A stretch of 63,443 nt of DNA, counting the filler. It is 8 parts of 8 records of this genome, joined end to end, with 100 filler letters (N's around TTAATTAATTAA, not from the genome) between each part and the next. Parts side by side here need not be neighbours in the genome. Positions count along the whole stretch, not along the records: positions 1 to 6,559 come from SRR31147125_24562; positions 6,660 to 18,963 come from SRR31147125_24579; 6 more parts are not named here. One strand, 5' to 3'. A program made the translations under genes and the position numbers. The notes beneath the pieces were generated by a model, which saw only the letters and a program-made list of their open reading frames with translations, was not told the DNA's origin and ran no database searches. How positions within the stretch are numbered: the stretch's first letter is position 1; the number at the start of each line of letters is the position of its first letter. Below, piece after piece: positions 1 through 10,105 of the stretch.

Positions 1-19
1 CGATTTATCGCGCCTCTAC
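1..19. repeat. Right part of a GTAG-family REP-like palindrome, cut by the window start
   Basis: CGATTTATCGCGCCTCTAC: CGAT-tt-ATCG core, ends in CTAC (reverse complement of GTAG); left arm missing. Confidence 0.45.
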
Positions 20-26
20 TTAGTAG

Positions 27-89
<63 letters not shown>

Positions 90-95
90 TGAATA

Positions 96-473
96 ATGAA
101 TCAAAAGTATAATGGTTTCAAAGATTTGATCGTATATCAGAAATCATATAAATTGAGTGTGGAAATATTTGAATTAAGTAAAAACTTTCCAAATGAGGAA
201 AAAAATCTATTGATAAAGCAAATTAGGAGATCATCAAGATCGGTTGTGGCAAATATTGCTGAAGCCTGGGCATTTCGAAGATATCCCAAATCATTTACCA
301 GTAAATTGAACATATCATTTGGGGAGGCATTTGAAACGGGAGTATGGTTAGATTTTGCCTTAGATCATAAATATATTTCAGAACAAACTCATCAAAATTT
401 CTATCAGAAATGTATCGAAACACAGAAAATGCTTCGTGCTATTATTTCTTCACCAGAAAAATTTACTATCTAA
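96..473 (+). CDS. Four-helix-bundle protein (23S rRNA IVS protein / TIGR02436-like)
   Basis: 125 aa with FKDLIVYQKS, QIRRSSRSVVANIAEA, GEAFETGVWL, typical of this family. Confidence 0.9.
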   Translation: MNQKYNGFKDLIVYQKSYKLSVEIFELSKNFPNEEKNLLIKQIRRSSRSVVANIAEAWAFRRYPKSFTSKLNISFGEAFETGVWLDFALDHKYISEQTHQNFYQKCIETQKMLRAIISSPEKFTI

Positions 474-501
474 TTACTAATTACTACCTTCTACTTACTA
501 T
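474..501 (-). repeat. Inverted copy of the heptamer array (4 units)
   Basis: TTACTAA TTACTAC CTTCTAC TTACTAT; 481-495 is the exact reverse complement of 68-82. Confidence 0.85.
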
Positions 502-1837
502 TAAAATCCCAACTCAAGTGAAACTTAGTCTGCTGAAACCCTTCTTCCGGGTTTAACCCAAGGCCGATAGTGAGTCGGTTATTACCTGCTGGTAATGAAA
601 AACCAAAACCGAAGTGGTGTGAGATCGGATCATCATGTTGCATGATCACACCGTCATAGAAAGCAAAAAGATGCAGTCTTTGAAAATAACCGGCTTCCAA
701 TTTCCAACCAAGATAAGCATTGGTAACAAATTGCTCAAAATAGGCGCCACGCAGGAAGTTTGCACCACCAAGTTTGAATTGATCATAAAGAGCTATAGGA
801 TTTTCCGATGTAACGTATCCTCCAAGAAGATCAAGGTTGAGACCAAGTATTGATGGTCTGAATTCGATACCCAACTCTAATTCACTTGTTGAAATGCGTT
901 GTTCGGTATTGAAACGCAAACCTGAAACCAGATCAATGTAAGCATAGATCATACCTGGCTTAGATCGCCAAAATAGTTTAAGATTTGAACCGGATCGATT
1001 TTGTGTAACAAATCCAGAATCCGAGCCGCTTTCACTGCTACTGATCTGTTCATTCACATAATTTATGATCAATTCTGAACGTTGATTCATGTGATAGATC
1101 ACGGAAACATCCAGGTCACGTTTAACATAAAGACTATCTTGAAATCTTTGTGAGAAAGAAGCTCTCGCAGAGAAGGGTTTATCAAAAATGTAAGGTTCTG
1201 TATATGATAAGTCAAAGGAGTTTACACCCAAGGTTGGTCTGGACCAATAAAAACTTGCCAGACGACCGAGCCCGCCAAGATTGACCAATTCCATGGAGAC
1301 ATCACCAACAACACCCTGTTGGTCGTCCTCCTGCTTATAAGCGGCCATGGCGTCGAATCGGATGTCTTGCTTGGCTTCTGTATATAGTCTCAATCCATTA
1401 TTATAAATATCTGCACGCTCTTGAACGTCCAATAAGGGATTTGCCTTCAATTCATTGATCATGCTCCTAACTTCGCTGTAATTGAATTCGCCGGACTCAG
1501 GAAGAGTAATATATCGTGAGAGAAGTGATATTTCACGAGCTGAATAGTCGCCAAAGACCACCGTATCGATCATAGCTTTGTTGCCTTTGTCAATGCGATA
1601 GCGGAAATATTCATTATCACCATCTTTAAGATAAGCATCAAGAATTGCTTCAATATGCGGGAATCCTTTATCTGCAAAATTTATTAGAAAATCGTCAACG
1701 GAAGCTTCCAAATCAGTTTCACTCCTGACTTGAAGTGTATCATTTTCAATCACACAAAAATAATTTACATCAGCAAATAAGGATCCAACCAGGAATAACA
1801 AAGATAGAATCAATATTTTAAATAGTTTTTTACTCAT
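491..1837 (-). CDS. Omp85 (BamA/TamA-like) outer-membrane protein
   Basis: Signal peptide, POTRA-like N region, NLGGLGR and SYTEPYIF, LGGANFLRG (loop-6 RG-type motif), aromatic C-terminal strand. Confidence 0.75.
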   Translation of the reverse strand: MSKKLFKILILSLLFLVGSLFADVNYFCVIENDTLQVRSETDLEASVDDFLINFADKGFPHIEAILDAYLKDGDNEYFRYRIDKGNKAMIDTVVFGDYSAREISLLSRYITLPESGEFNYSEVRSMINELKANPLLDVQERADIYNNGLRLYTEAKQDIRFDAMAAYKQEDDQQGVVGDVSMELVNLGGLGRLASFYWSRPTLGVNSFDLSYTEPYIFDKPFSARASFSQRFQDSLYVKRDLDVSVIYHMNQRSELIINYVNEQISSSESGSDSGFVTQNRSGSNLKLFWRSKPGMIYAYIDLVSGLRFNTEQRISTSELELGIEFRPSILGLNLDLLGGYVTSENPIALYDQFKLGGANFLRGAYFEQFVTNAYLGWKLEAGYFQRLHLFAFYDGVIMQHDDPISHHFGFGFSLPAGNNRLTIGLGLNPEEGFQQTKFHLSWDFNSK

Positions 1838-4800
1838 TAAAAATATGCCTTTACTTCTACATTTGCTGTTAGGATGCCTTTTTGCTCGGCACGTTTTCTG
1901 TATTGTATAAATCCACCTGCAGAAAGAAATTGATTAATGCGTTTTTCATAACGCAAAGCACCGGACCAGGTCCAGCCGATTGGTAAGCCATTTGCTGTTT
2001 CGTAGGGAAGTGTGCCGCTATGGTCTGATATAACCCTGTCAAGCCCCGCAGTCAGATACATGCGTTCACCTGCAACGCGATACCAGATCCAAGTGCTTTT
2101 CAGTGCCAACCAATGAGTAATGAAATTACCATTGAAGTCCGTTGTTACATGTTCATATTTTCCTTCAAGCGTTGCTCTGAGTTTTTTGGAAAATAAATAC
2201 TCGCATTCTAAACCGGTTCCATGACTCAAAGCATTAACGCGGTAGGAGCTGGTAGGTCGGTGTTGATCACGGGAATGGTATTTATAATAGATGTCAAGAA
2301 TGACCTTTTCGGGTTTGAACCGGTATTTCAACCAACGTGTCGATTGGAAATAAACGTTTTCGTTGTAGGCCGTCTGAAAATTTTGAGAACGTGTATCTTC
2401 GAACACAAGCGCTATGCGATGTTTCCCGCCGGGTCCGGTAATACCTGCTTCGTGTTTTAGTCTTAAATTTCCATAATAAATATTTGTATCGGGATCTTCG
2501 ATCATTAAAGGTGAATAAAGAACCAATCCGGGCGTCCGGTAATCGGTGGAACCGTTATGTGAAAAATTCAGTTTGAGCTTATTGATCTTGCCTTTCCAGT
2601 TCAAAGCAGTAGCAAATTTACTGACATATTGATCTTGTCGCTCATTGGTCAATTCAGAGCTTAGAATGTAATTACCCATATCATCGGGAACGAACTGGTC
2701 AAACTCATCGAGGCGGTAATAGCCAAGGCCGTCACCGACAAAAATAAAAACGGCCTCTCGTTTTGTTTCTGAAGTGCGGTTGATAACGGTTTTTACCGAT
2801 CCGCCAAGACCGATCTTTTTTAGATCAAATCTTAGTTGGGTGTTTGTTAGCAAATATTGTTCGTCACCGCTATCGCGTTTATCATAACGGTAAGTTGCGG
2901 TTGCATTCCAACGTAGGCGCTTTTCGAAAAATGATTGATCAAATTTCAAAGCAGCATCATGTTTTTGAGAATATGTGTGAAAGGAAGAATCCGTTTCCTC
3001 CCAATCATAATCTTGTCTATAGGTATAATCCAACTTCCACTTTCCGGCACTCAAACCGGCTTTTGCAGATTCAGCGCGATATGCCGTTGATGATGAAAAG
3101 ATCGGATCAAAACGATCCTGCATCCAGGAAGTATACATAGTCAGTGTATTCCCGATAGGAATGTCGGCAGAAGCATTTACACTGTAAAAGGGAAGAAAAC
3201 CGTTGTCAAGTAGATGTGACCATTTGTAATTAAGTTTTGCTTCTTTATAATTTGCCTGACCGTCCGCAAGCAGGCGAACTCTTGATTCAGCGTCAGCTGA
3301 AGCAATATATTCCAGGCCTGTATTTGCTTGAATATTTTTATGTTTGATCTGTGTTTCAAATGAAGCCATTTGGGTAATGGTGTCGCTTGATGCAAAGCCA
3401 AGATATCGCTCAAAATCAGGTTGGGTGATCTTACCGAAAGAAGTAAAGTCTTTGTTCAATATCCAACCATCACTTTGAAAAGCAAGATATTTGCCAAGAG
3501 GCAGGGATGCGTTCCACTTTACAGCTGGTGATCCTTGCGAAGAGGATCTGTCATAATTGTTAGGATTGAATGTTGAGTATGCCCCTTCTACAAAAGCATG
3601 GGCTTTTTCTTTTTGCCCTAGTTCCAGATTCATTGATGCAACCCACTGGGTGGTAGGCAGGGTAACCGTTCTTCTGGGAAAATATTGCGATAGGGCGTCT
3701 TCCGGAGCATACACAAAATACATTTTTCCTTCATTCGTATAGTGCCTGACATATCCCCCGTTATTGTTCTCGCGATAGAAGTAGACAGTATGAGTTCCTT
3801 GATCTTCACCGGCATAAGTCCATATGTCACCGTCCATAGTATAATCACCCGAAGTGTCGGCTAAAGCGGTAGAGATCACAAAAGATCCATCTGTTGATAC
3901 GATATTTGATAATGAGTCAGGATCAATATTTGATAAGTGAATGTCAACAGGATTGTTCTCGTCATCTTTCTCACGAATATAGGATGCATCGAGTTTTATG
4001 TTTTTACCAAAACGCCAGCTTGACATCGCACCCATGGAGGAACGTGAATAGAATTCATTAACATAATTATATTCAACTGTAATTCGGGAAGAGGCTGAAA
4101 CCATTAATTCGGGACTGAAGTATAGTTCTGCGTCTGCATAGTACATAGTGTATTGCATTTTGTCTAAAGCAATGCCGTCAACATAAACCTTTTCCGAGCG
4201 TGGAACGATCGTAATAGCATTATCTCCATCGGAACCTTGTAAGCGATAGGGACCCTGATCTCCATCTCTTGCCGTGATCTCCTGTCGGATAAACTTACCC
4301 TTTGCCGATCCAACAAAAGCTGATGCTTCCGTTTTTTCATTTTTATATGTTGCTTGTGCTCCAATCAGTTTTCGATCAAAACGAGACCAATTGTTCCACG
4401 AATTGTTAACGTAAATGTCACCGATTTGAGCATCAAAGAGATCAGAGTATACACGTATAAGAATGTTATCTACATCTTGCACGGACTGTGTAGAGGAATA
4501 ATCCTGAAAAGGTGCGTCATTATCAGAAATGATACCTTTGATATTGACGCCGGGCGCTAGTTCGCCATCGATCTTAATATCCAATCCGCCACTAAGTAAA
4601 CTTTGCCCGGAAGATCCCACTTCCAATTGACGAGAAACGGATCCCCTTGTTCTTACATTAGACAATTCAGATGTATTTGATTTTGATACTTCTTTTTCCT
4701 CGGGGAACCACTCTTTTATTGTACCTACTCCCAGATTTTTTTTCTGTGGAGCCCGTATTTCACTGTAGTGATATAAGATATTAATCGTGTCAGCATTTAG

Positions 4801-5016
4801 GGGAGTTTGAAGGAGGATCAGACGCCCATGAAGATCATCTATAATATATTTAAAGTCTTGATCAATCGAGATCGAATCGAGTGATACAAATGGATGTCTG
4901 AAAGCATAGACCGTTTTTCCCGGTTTCAAGATAAGTTTTTCACTCAAAGATCCAGCATGCAGGGGAAGCACAAGTATGGCGATAAAAAATAATAATATTT
5001 TGATAAGTCGCTTCAT
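1837..5016 (-). CDS. Large (~1059 aa) exported, probably beta-barrel outer-membrane protein of unknown function
   Basis: Start moved to MKRLIK (ATGA overlap with the upstream stop at 5013); signal peptide; amphipathic strands; ends VEVKAYF; TAATG overlap with the Omp85 gene. Confidence 0.7.
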   Translation of the reverse strand: MKRLIKILLFFIAILVLPLHAGSLSEKLILKPGKTVYAFRHPFVSLDSISIDQDFKYIIDDLHGRLILLQTPLNADTINILYHYSEIRAPQKKNLGVGTIKEWFPEEKEVSKSNTSELSNVRTRGSVSRQLEVGSSGQSLLSGGLDIKIDGELAPGVNIKGIISDNDAPFQDYSSTQSVQDVDNILIRVYSDLFDAQIGDIYVNNSWNNWSRFDRKLIGAQATYKNEKTEASAFVGSAKGKFIRQEITARDGDQGPYRLQGSDGDNAITIVPRSEKVYVDGIALDKMQYTMYYADAELYFSPELMVSASSRITVEYNYVNEFYSRSSMGAMSSWRFGKNIKLDASYIREKDDENNPVDIHLSNIDPDSLSNIVSTDGSFVISTALADTSGDYTMDGDIWTYAGEDQGTHTVYFYRENNNGGYVRHYTNEGKMYFVYAPEDALSQYFPRRTVTLPTTQWVASMNLELGQKEKAHAFVEGAYSTFNPNNYDRSSSQGSPAVKWNASLPLGKYLAFQSDGWILNKDFTSFGKITQPDFERYLGFASSDTITQMASFETQIKHKNIQANTGLEYIASADAESRVRLLADGQANYKEAKLNYKWSHLLDNGFLPFYSVNASADIPIGNTLTMYTSWMQDRFDPIFSSSTAYRAESAKAGLSAGKWKLDYTYRQDYDWEETDSSFHTYSQKHDAALKFDQSFFEKRLRWNATATYRYDKRDSGDEQYLLTNTQLRFDLKKIGLGGSVKTVINRTSETKREAVFIFVGDGLGYYRLDEFDQFVPDDMGNYILSSELTNERQDQYVSKFATALNWKGKINKLKLNFSHNGSTDYRTPGLVLYSPLMIEDPDTNIYYGNLRLKHEAGITGPGGKHRIALVFEDTRSQNFQTAYNENVYFQSTRWLKYRFKPEKVILDIYYKYHSRDQHRPTSSYRVNALSHGTGLECEYLFSKKLRATLEGKYEHVTTDFNGNFITHWLALKSTWIWYRVAGERMYLTAGLDRVISDHSGTLPYETANGLPIGWTWSGALRYEKRINQFLSAGGFIQYRKRAEQKGILTANVEVKAYF

Positions 5017-5807
5017 GGGGTAATAACGATCATGCCTTCTTGGGAAATTAGACGATATCCGGCAGCGGTCTTGGTACAATGTATGAGATTATTCATATCA
5101 GATAGGTAACGCAAAGAATCATCCTGAGGTTTCCAGATATAAACACCCGAAGAAGATGCAAGAGCAAAAGTAAGATTTTGCAGGGGAAAGGCTTTATCAA
5201 CTTTTATTGATTCAGGTAATAAAAACTCGTTGAGTGTTGTACCGTTCGCATCGGATATCCGGATTTGTGAATGATCGATCAAATGAACAATGACGTATTC
5301 TCCAATTGTGAAGAGATCAATTTCACCCGAAATGGGTTTATCGCCCCACTCGCCGTGAAAATTCTCACCGGGAAGAACTTGAAGGATCTGCCCGTAAAAC
5401 TCATCGTAGATCAACCAGTCATGTTCGGATGTTACGGTAAAGGCAGTCGGGGAAATAATATCTTCATTGACGACAGTGATGGAATGTACATTGAGATAAC
5501 GATCCCAGGCATAAATATTTTGACCTGTAATATCAAGTAGGTATATCAGATCTGCTCCGTCAAATACCGGTTGTCCGGGATCTTGCAAAATTGGAACAGC
5601 AATATTCTCGTCACCTTCATAAATATCCTGGAGTTCAAAGTCAACATAACGGCGGAGTGTACCCGTTTCTTGGGATAAACATATTAATTCATCAAACATA
5701 TTGACCGCAGCTAAATCACAAGGTGCTATATAAAGTGTGTCGGCACCTGGGGAAAAAGTACATAATAACGATAATAAAATGATAAATATTGTGATGAAAC
5801 CTTTCAT
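5013..5807 (-). CDS. Exported protein, probable beta-propeller (NHL-like)
   Basis: Start moved to MKGFITIF (hydrophobic leader); repeated P...IYLLD / WLIYD blade-like motifs. Confidence 0.55.
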   Translation of the reverse strand: MKGFITIFIILLSLLCTFSPGADTLYIAPCDLAAVNMFDELICLSQETGTLRRYVDFELQDIYEGDENIAVPILQDPGQPVFDGADLIYLLDITGQNIYAWDRYLNVHSITVVNEDIISPTAFTVTSEHDWLIYDEFYGQILQVLPGENFHGEWGDKPISGEIDLFTIGEYVIVHLIDHSQIRISDANGTTLNEFLLPESIKVDKAFPLQNLTFALASSSGVYIWKPQDDSLRYLSDMNNLIHCTKTAAGYRLISQEGMIVITP

Positions 5808-5952
5808 GATGCAAATTACAAAGGCAAGGTATAATTGACAATTGAAAACTGATTGTTGTGTTGTTGATAATAGGCGGGATGTATTACAATACACACCTAC
5901 CATCAATTGTTAATTTTCTTCCATTTTATCTTCAATCCTCTTACATTTTGAT

Positions 5953-6534
5953 ATGGTAATAATCGCCGCATTAAGTATAGAGATCGCTCCTTTGTTGAAT
6001 GCCTTAAAGGCTGAAAAGGTAAAAGCATACAGTAATAAAACTGCGTTGTTTAACGCCGGAGAAATTGATCTGTTGGTAACGGGGGTCGGACCCATTATGG
6101 CGCAACGAACGCTTGAGGCTTACCTTGAAGATCATGATCCGGATTTTATATTGAATATCGGGACCGCAGGAATGTTGTCCGAAAACATGGAATTGGGTAA
6201 AGTCCATCATATTTCAGAAACTGTAACCGAAGATGAAACAGCGATCAAACTGCATCGATTAACAGATCAGGCAAGAGAAACTTGTTTATCTGTAAGGCGA
6301 AGCATTGAGGATGGAGAAAAACGCGAACTTTCACGAAAAAGGCATGGAGCTCGACTTGCTGACATGGAATGTTTTACTTTGGCCGCTATAGCAAAAGAAC
6401 GGGATATTCCAATGTCTGCGATCAAAGTAACAACGGATTTTGCCGATTGTGAAACAACAGATATGTTTAAAAAACAAGTGGAAGAATCAGCGATAAAATT
6501 AAAAAATGAAGTGATCAATATAATTAAATCATAG
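5953..6534 (+). CDS. Nucleoside phosphorylase / MTA-SAH nucleosidase family protein
   Basis: IIAAL, TGVGP, NIGTAG, DME, IKVTTD motifs. Confidence 0.8.
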   Translation: MVIIAALSIEIAPLLNALKAEKVKAYSNKTALFNAGEIDLLVTGVGPIMAQRTLEAYLEDHDPDFILNIGTAGMLSENMELGKVHHISETVTEDETAIKLHRLTDQARETCLSVRRSIEDGEKRELSRKRHGARLADMECFTLAAIAKERDIPMSAIKVTTDFADCETTDMFKKQVEESAIKLKNEVINIIKS

Positions 6535-6559
6535 GAGTTAACATGAAAAAGACAGTATT

Positions 6560-6659
6560 NNNNNNNNNNNNNNNNNNNNNNNNNNNNNNNNNNNNNNNNN
6601 NNNTTAATTAATTAANNNNNNNNNNNNNNNNNNNNNNNNNNNNNNNNNNNNNNNNNNNN
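6560..6659. other. Artificial contig linker
   Basis: 44 N + TTAATTAATTAA (stops in all frames) + 44 N. Confidence 0.99.
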
Positions 6660-6890
<231 letters not shown>

Positions 6891-6930
6891 TGATTACGGA
6901 GCTTACAAAGCTCCGATCCCAAAAAATATT

Positions 6931-6963
6931 AAAACCGTCTTTCTTTCGAGAGGCGGTTTTTTT
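6931..6963 (+). terminator. Rho-independent terminator of eno
   Basis: AAAACCGTCTTTC-tttc-GAGAGGCGGTTTTTTT. Confidence 0.8.
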
Positions 6964-7188
6964 ATGGGGTCACACGAATTCCGATTCGCGTTTTATAATT
7001 GCAACTTTAAATTACATTTAGCGTCCTTAACGGGCTTTCCGCTTTAGTTGCCTTGCTTTGCCGGGTTTCACAGTTTGTTGTGCGGGGCTCCTGTTGTCGC
7101 CAGCCAACAAATGTTCAACCATCGGCACAGCTTCGGCAAGCTGCCGCTGCAATCCCTGGCCGGACCGGTGGTTGTAATAATTTCCCGA

Positions 7189-7319
7189 AAGATAACACGC
7201 TACAGCGCCACAATACAAACCAATGCCCTAAGGAGCTCTAAACTCCTAAGGGCCAACGAAACTATTCCGTTTTGCAATAATTTACGGCGGCTCGGAATCC
7301 GCTGCACCCGTTAATCCTA
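7189..7319. repeat. ~130-bp composite repeat, copy 1 (two hairpins)
   Basis: Closely similar to 7547-7677: CAGCGCCACAATAC...GCCCTAAGGA...CTCCTAAGGGC...ATTCCGTTTTGCAATAA...CGGAATCCGC...CACCCGT. Confidence 0.9.
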
Positions 7320-7441
7320 AAAATGAAAACTATTTTTGTTTACCGAAAAAGTACCGATTGTGCCACAGGCATCCCTTTGGAACAAATCGAGACTGCCGTG
7401 GGAAAATTTTTACCATACAAAAAGGAGAGGCAATATCAATC

Positions 7442-7474
7442 AGGTCCTAAGGAGTTTAAAACTCCTAAGGACCT
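7442..7474. repeat. Solo copy of the CCTAAGGAG hairpin
   Basis: AGGTCCTAAGGAGTTTAAAACTCCTAAGGACCT. Confidence 0.85.
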
Positions 7475-7546
7475 AACAACCGCAGATGGCAGGTTAATAA
7501 AAACTAATCCTCAGACTGCTATCGCAGCTACATCCTTTTATAAACT

Positions 7547-7677
7547 AAAATAACACTCTTCAGCGCCACAATACAACCAATGCCCTAAGGATTTCTAAAC
7601 TCCTAAGGGCTTACCAAACAATTCCGTTTTGCAATAAATTACGGAGGATCGGAATCCGCCACACCCGTATAATCCTA
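7547..7677. repeat. ~130-bp composite repeat, copy 2
   Basis: Direct repeat of 7189-7319. Confidence 0.9.
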
Positions 7678-7683
7678 TCTGAA

Positions 7684-9021
7684 CTACCTTACAAACTTCT
7701 CCACAAACTCATCTAAAATATTAGCAAGCTTCGGATAGCCAATTTCTTCCAAATCGTACATTACCCGTGTATTGGGTTTGTTAATTTTCACAATTCGGTT
7801 CAGATCGATTGGCGTAGCAATAATTACCGAATCGCAATCGGTGGCGTTAATGGTGGTTTCCAGGTCTTTCACCTGCTCGTCGCCATAGCCCATTGCCGGT
7901 AGCAAGGTTCCAACATTTGGATATTTCCGGAATGTACGTGCCAGTTTACCCACTGCAAAAGGTCGCGGATCAATCATTTCTTTAGCACCATATTTTTGTG
8001 CTGCTACTGTTCCTGCTCCAATCTTCATTTCTCCATGCGTTAGTGTTGGGCCATCTTCTACCACTAACACACGTTTGCCGGTTATCACTCCCGGATTTTC
8101 AACCTTAATCGGGCTGGCACCATCAATAACTACAGCTTTTGGATTTACCTTTGCAATATTTTCGCGTACCAGCTGAATTTTATCCGGCTCGGCAGTTTCC
8201 ATTTTATTAATAATAACCACATCAGCATCCATCAGGTTAATTTCGCTTGGGTAATAAGTTAGCTCCGCTCCTGCCCTGTGCGGATCGGCTACGGTTATCA
8301 GCAAGTCGGGTGTGTAAAACGAAAAGTCGTTATTTCCACCATCCCAAAGAATAATATCGCAACCATCCGGATCGTTTTCGGCAGCGCGTAAAATAGCCTC
8401 GTAATCAATTCCGGCATAAATTACATTGCCCCGCACAACGTGAGGTTCATATTCCTCCATTTCTTCAATTGTACAATTGTATTTCACCAAATCATTTAAA
8501 GTGGCAAAACGCTGCACTTTTTGTTCTACCAGGTTACCATAAGGCATTGGGTGACGAACAGCAACTACCTTTAATCCTTTTGCCATTAACTCCTGAACAA
8601 TTTTACGGCTGGTTTGGCTTTTCCCACATCCGGTCCGGGTAGCACAAACCGAAATTACGGGCTTGGTACTTTTTACCATTGTATGTTTCGGACTCAGCAA
8701 CATAAAATTTGCACCGGCCGCATTCACCAAAGCGCTCAGCCGCATAACATACTGGTTGGGTACATCGCTGTATGAAAATACGCAGGTGTCAACATTCAGC
8801 TGCGTAATCAAATTTTTTAATTCGTTTTGAGAATAAATGGGAATGCCTTCGGGATAAAGTTTTCCTGCCAGTTCCGTTGGGTATCTCCTGTCTTCAATAT
8901 CGGGAATTTGAGCAGCTGTAAAAGCTACAACTTCGTACTCTTCTTTATCTCTGAAATAGGTATTGAAATTATGGAAGTCCCTTCCTGCGGCTCCCAGAAT
9001 AATAACACGTTTTTTATTCAT
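7684..9021 (-). CDS. P-loop NTPase, cyclic 2,3-diphosphoglycerate synthetase-like (COG2403-type)
   Basis: GAAGRDFHNFN, TRTGCGKSQT (P-loop), RHPMPYG, WDGGNND, EDGPTLTHG. Confidence 0.8.
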   Translation of the reverse strand: MNKKRVIILGAAGRDFHNFNTYFRDKEEYEVVAFTAAQIPDIEDRRYPTELAGKLYPEGIPIYSQNELKNLITQLNVDTCVFSYSDVPNQYVMRLSALVNAAGANFMLLSPKHTMVKSTKPVISVCATRTGCGKSQTSRKIVQELMAKGLKVVAVRHPMPYGNLVEQKVQRFATLNDLVKYNCTIEEMEEYEPHVVRGNVIYAGIDYEAILRAAENDPDGCDIILWDGGNNDFSFYTPDLLITVADPHRAGAELTYYPSEINLMDADVVIINKMETAEPDKIQLVRENIAKVNPKAVVIDGASPIKVENPGVITGKRVLVVEDGPTLTHGEMKIGAGTVAAQKYGAKEMIDPRPFAVGKLARTFRKYPNVGTLLPAMGYGDEQVKDLETTINATDCDSVIIATPIDLNRIVKINKPNTRVMYDLEEIGYPKLANILDEFVEKFVR

Positions 9022-9094
9022 AGTAATTTAGTTTTGTTTACTAAGTAATTTAACCAGATTATGACAAATAAAACAGGATAAAACTCAGGAGAAT

Positions 9095-9139
9095 GATTGA
9101 AGGGATTGAAAGGATTGATAAGATTGACAAGCTTGAGGT
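9095..9139 (+). repeat. Tandem nonamer array (GATTGANNN)x4-5
   Basis: GATTGAAGG GATTGAAAG GATTGATAA GATTGACAA GCTTGAGGT. Confidence 0.8.
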
Positions 9140-9150
9140 TAGGTATTGCT

Positions 9151-9238
9151 GACTGCCGACTGAGGACTGTTGACTGCAGACTGTTGACTGTTGACTGCCG
9201 ACTGAAAACTGTTGACTGCCGACTGCCGACTGTAGACT
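9151..9238 (+). repeat. Tandem heptamer array (GACTGNN)x12
   Basis: GACTGCC GACTGAG GACTGTT GACTGCA ... GACTGTA; abuts the stop codon of the Mut7-C gene. Confidence 0.95.
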
Positions 9239-10010
9239 ATTTCAAACTCTCAATCCAAGCCCGAATTTTAGTAAAATGCGAACCTTCCCAGTAAATCTGT
9301 CCACAGCCGGTGCATTGCCAAAATTGATTGCACATTTGAAAAGTATCGTTTGGAACTTGCCCTGCAACCCTCTCCTTTTCAATTTCTATTAAACAGCCAT
9401 TGCAGGTTGAACATCGCGAAAATGGCCTGAAACTATTTTGCAACTGTAATCGTTTTACCACTTCGTGCAGTTGCTTTTTAGGCTCGGTGTTTCGCACCCA
9501 ATAACCGTGTGTTGCTGCCGAATGTTTCAGAACTCCTTTGTCGCGGGTAAGAATAATCCGTTTTTCCCGAACCGAAATCTCTACAATCTCATCGTCTTCC
9601 AAATTATTACGATAAACAGTATCGAATCCGAGTAAACGTAACTTTTGTGCCAACTTGCCCAAGTTTACATCTACCACAAAACGATTTTCGCGAAGTGGTT
9701 CAGGACGTAACCTAATTATTGGAGAAATATCCATCGATTCGAAAACCGGGTACACCGAAACCTGCTCTCCTCCTTTTAATAAAAATTCAAAATCTACCGA
9801 CTCGCCATCCACAAGAATTAAGTCAATTTCAGCATGTGGAATTCCAATCGCCTCAACGGTATTTTTCATAGATGGCGTTCCCATAAATTCAAAAGGAAAA
9901 GATTTCTTTCTTAATTTTTCAGGTAGAAAATCATTCAACTCCTCGTAAAACCTAAAATAAGAAATTCGTTGAACCGGTTCGTGATTAATATCTTCCGTAT
10001 TATTCTCCAC
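9237..10010 (-). CDS. Mut7-C RNase (PIN fold, Zn ribbon) with N-terminal ubiquitin-like domain
   Basis: FRFYEELNDFLP, DVNLGKLAQKLRLLGFD, LTRD, RCSTCN...CTGCGQIYWEGSH. Confidence 0.9.
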   Translation of the reverse strand: MENNTEDINHEPVQRISYFRFYEELNDFLPEKLRKKSFPFEFMGTPSMKNTVEAIGIPHAEIDLILVDGESVDFEFLLKGGEQVSVYPVFESMDISPIIRLRPEPLRENRFVVDVNLGKLAQKLRLLGFDTVYRNNLEDDEIVEISVREKRIILTRDKGVLKHSAATHGYWVRNTEPKKQLHEVVKRLQLQNSFRPFSRCSTCNGCLIEIEKERVAGQVPNDTFQMCNQFWQCTGCGQIYWEGSHFTKIRAWIESLK

Positions 10011-10105
10011 GCTCTTAAAGTTAATATAAATCAGACTATTATAATTTTATTGGCATTAGTTAATTCTAATATTGTTAAATTAGAACACTAATTCAATAAA
10101 AATTC

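Noticed and set aside
96..473. Avd of a diversity-generating retroelement
   Set aside because: Related fold only; no reverse transcriptase or TR/VR pair is visible in the contig
7189..7677. CRISPR array
   Set aside because: Hairpin spacing is irregular (about 220 and 140 bp), the intervening sequence is partly duplicated, and no cas genes are present
9097..9294. 65-aa ORF with VDCRL repeats as a RiPP precursor or repeat protein
   Set aside because: Translation artefact of the 7-nt array; antisense overlap with the Mut7-C gene
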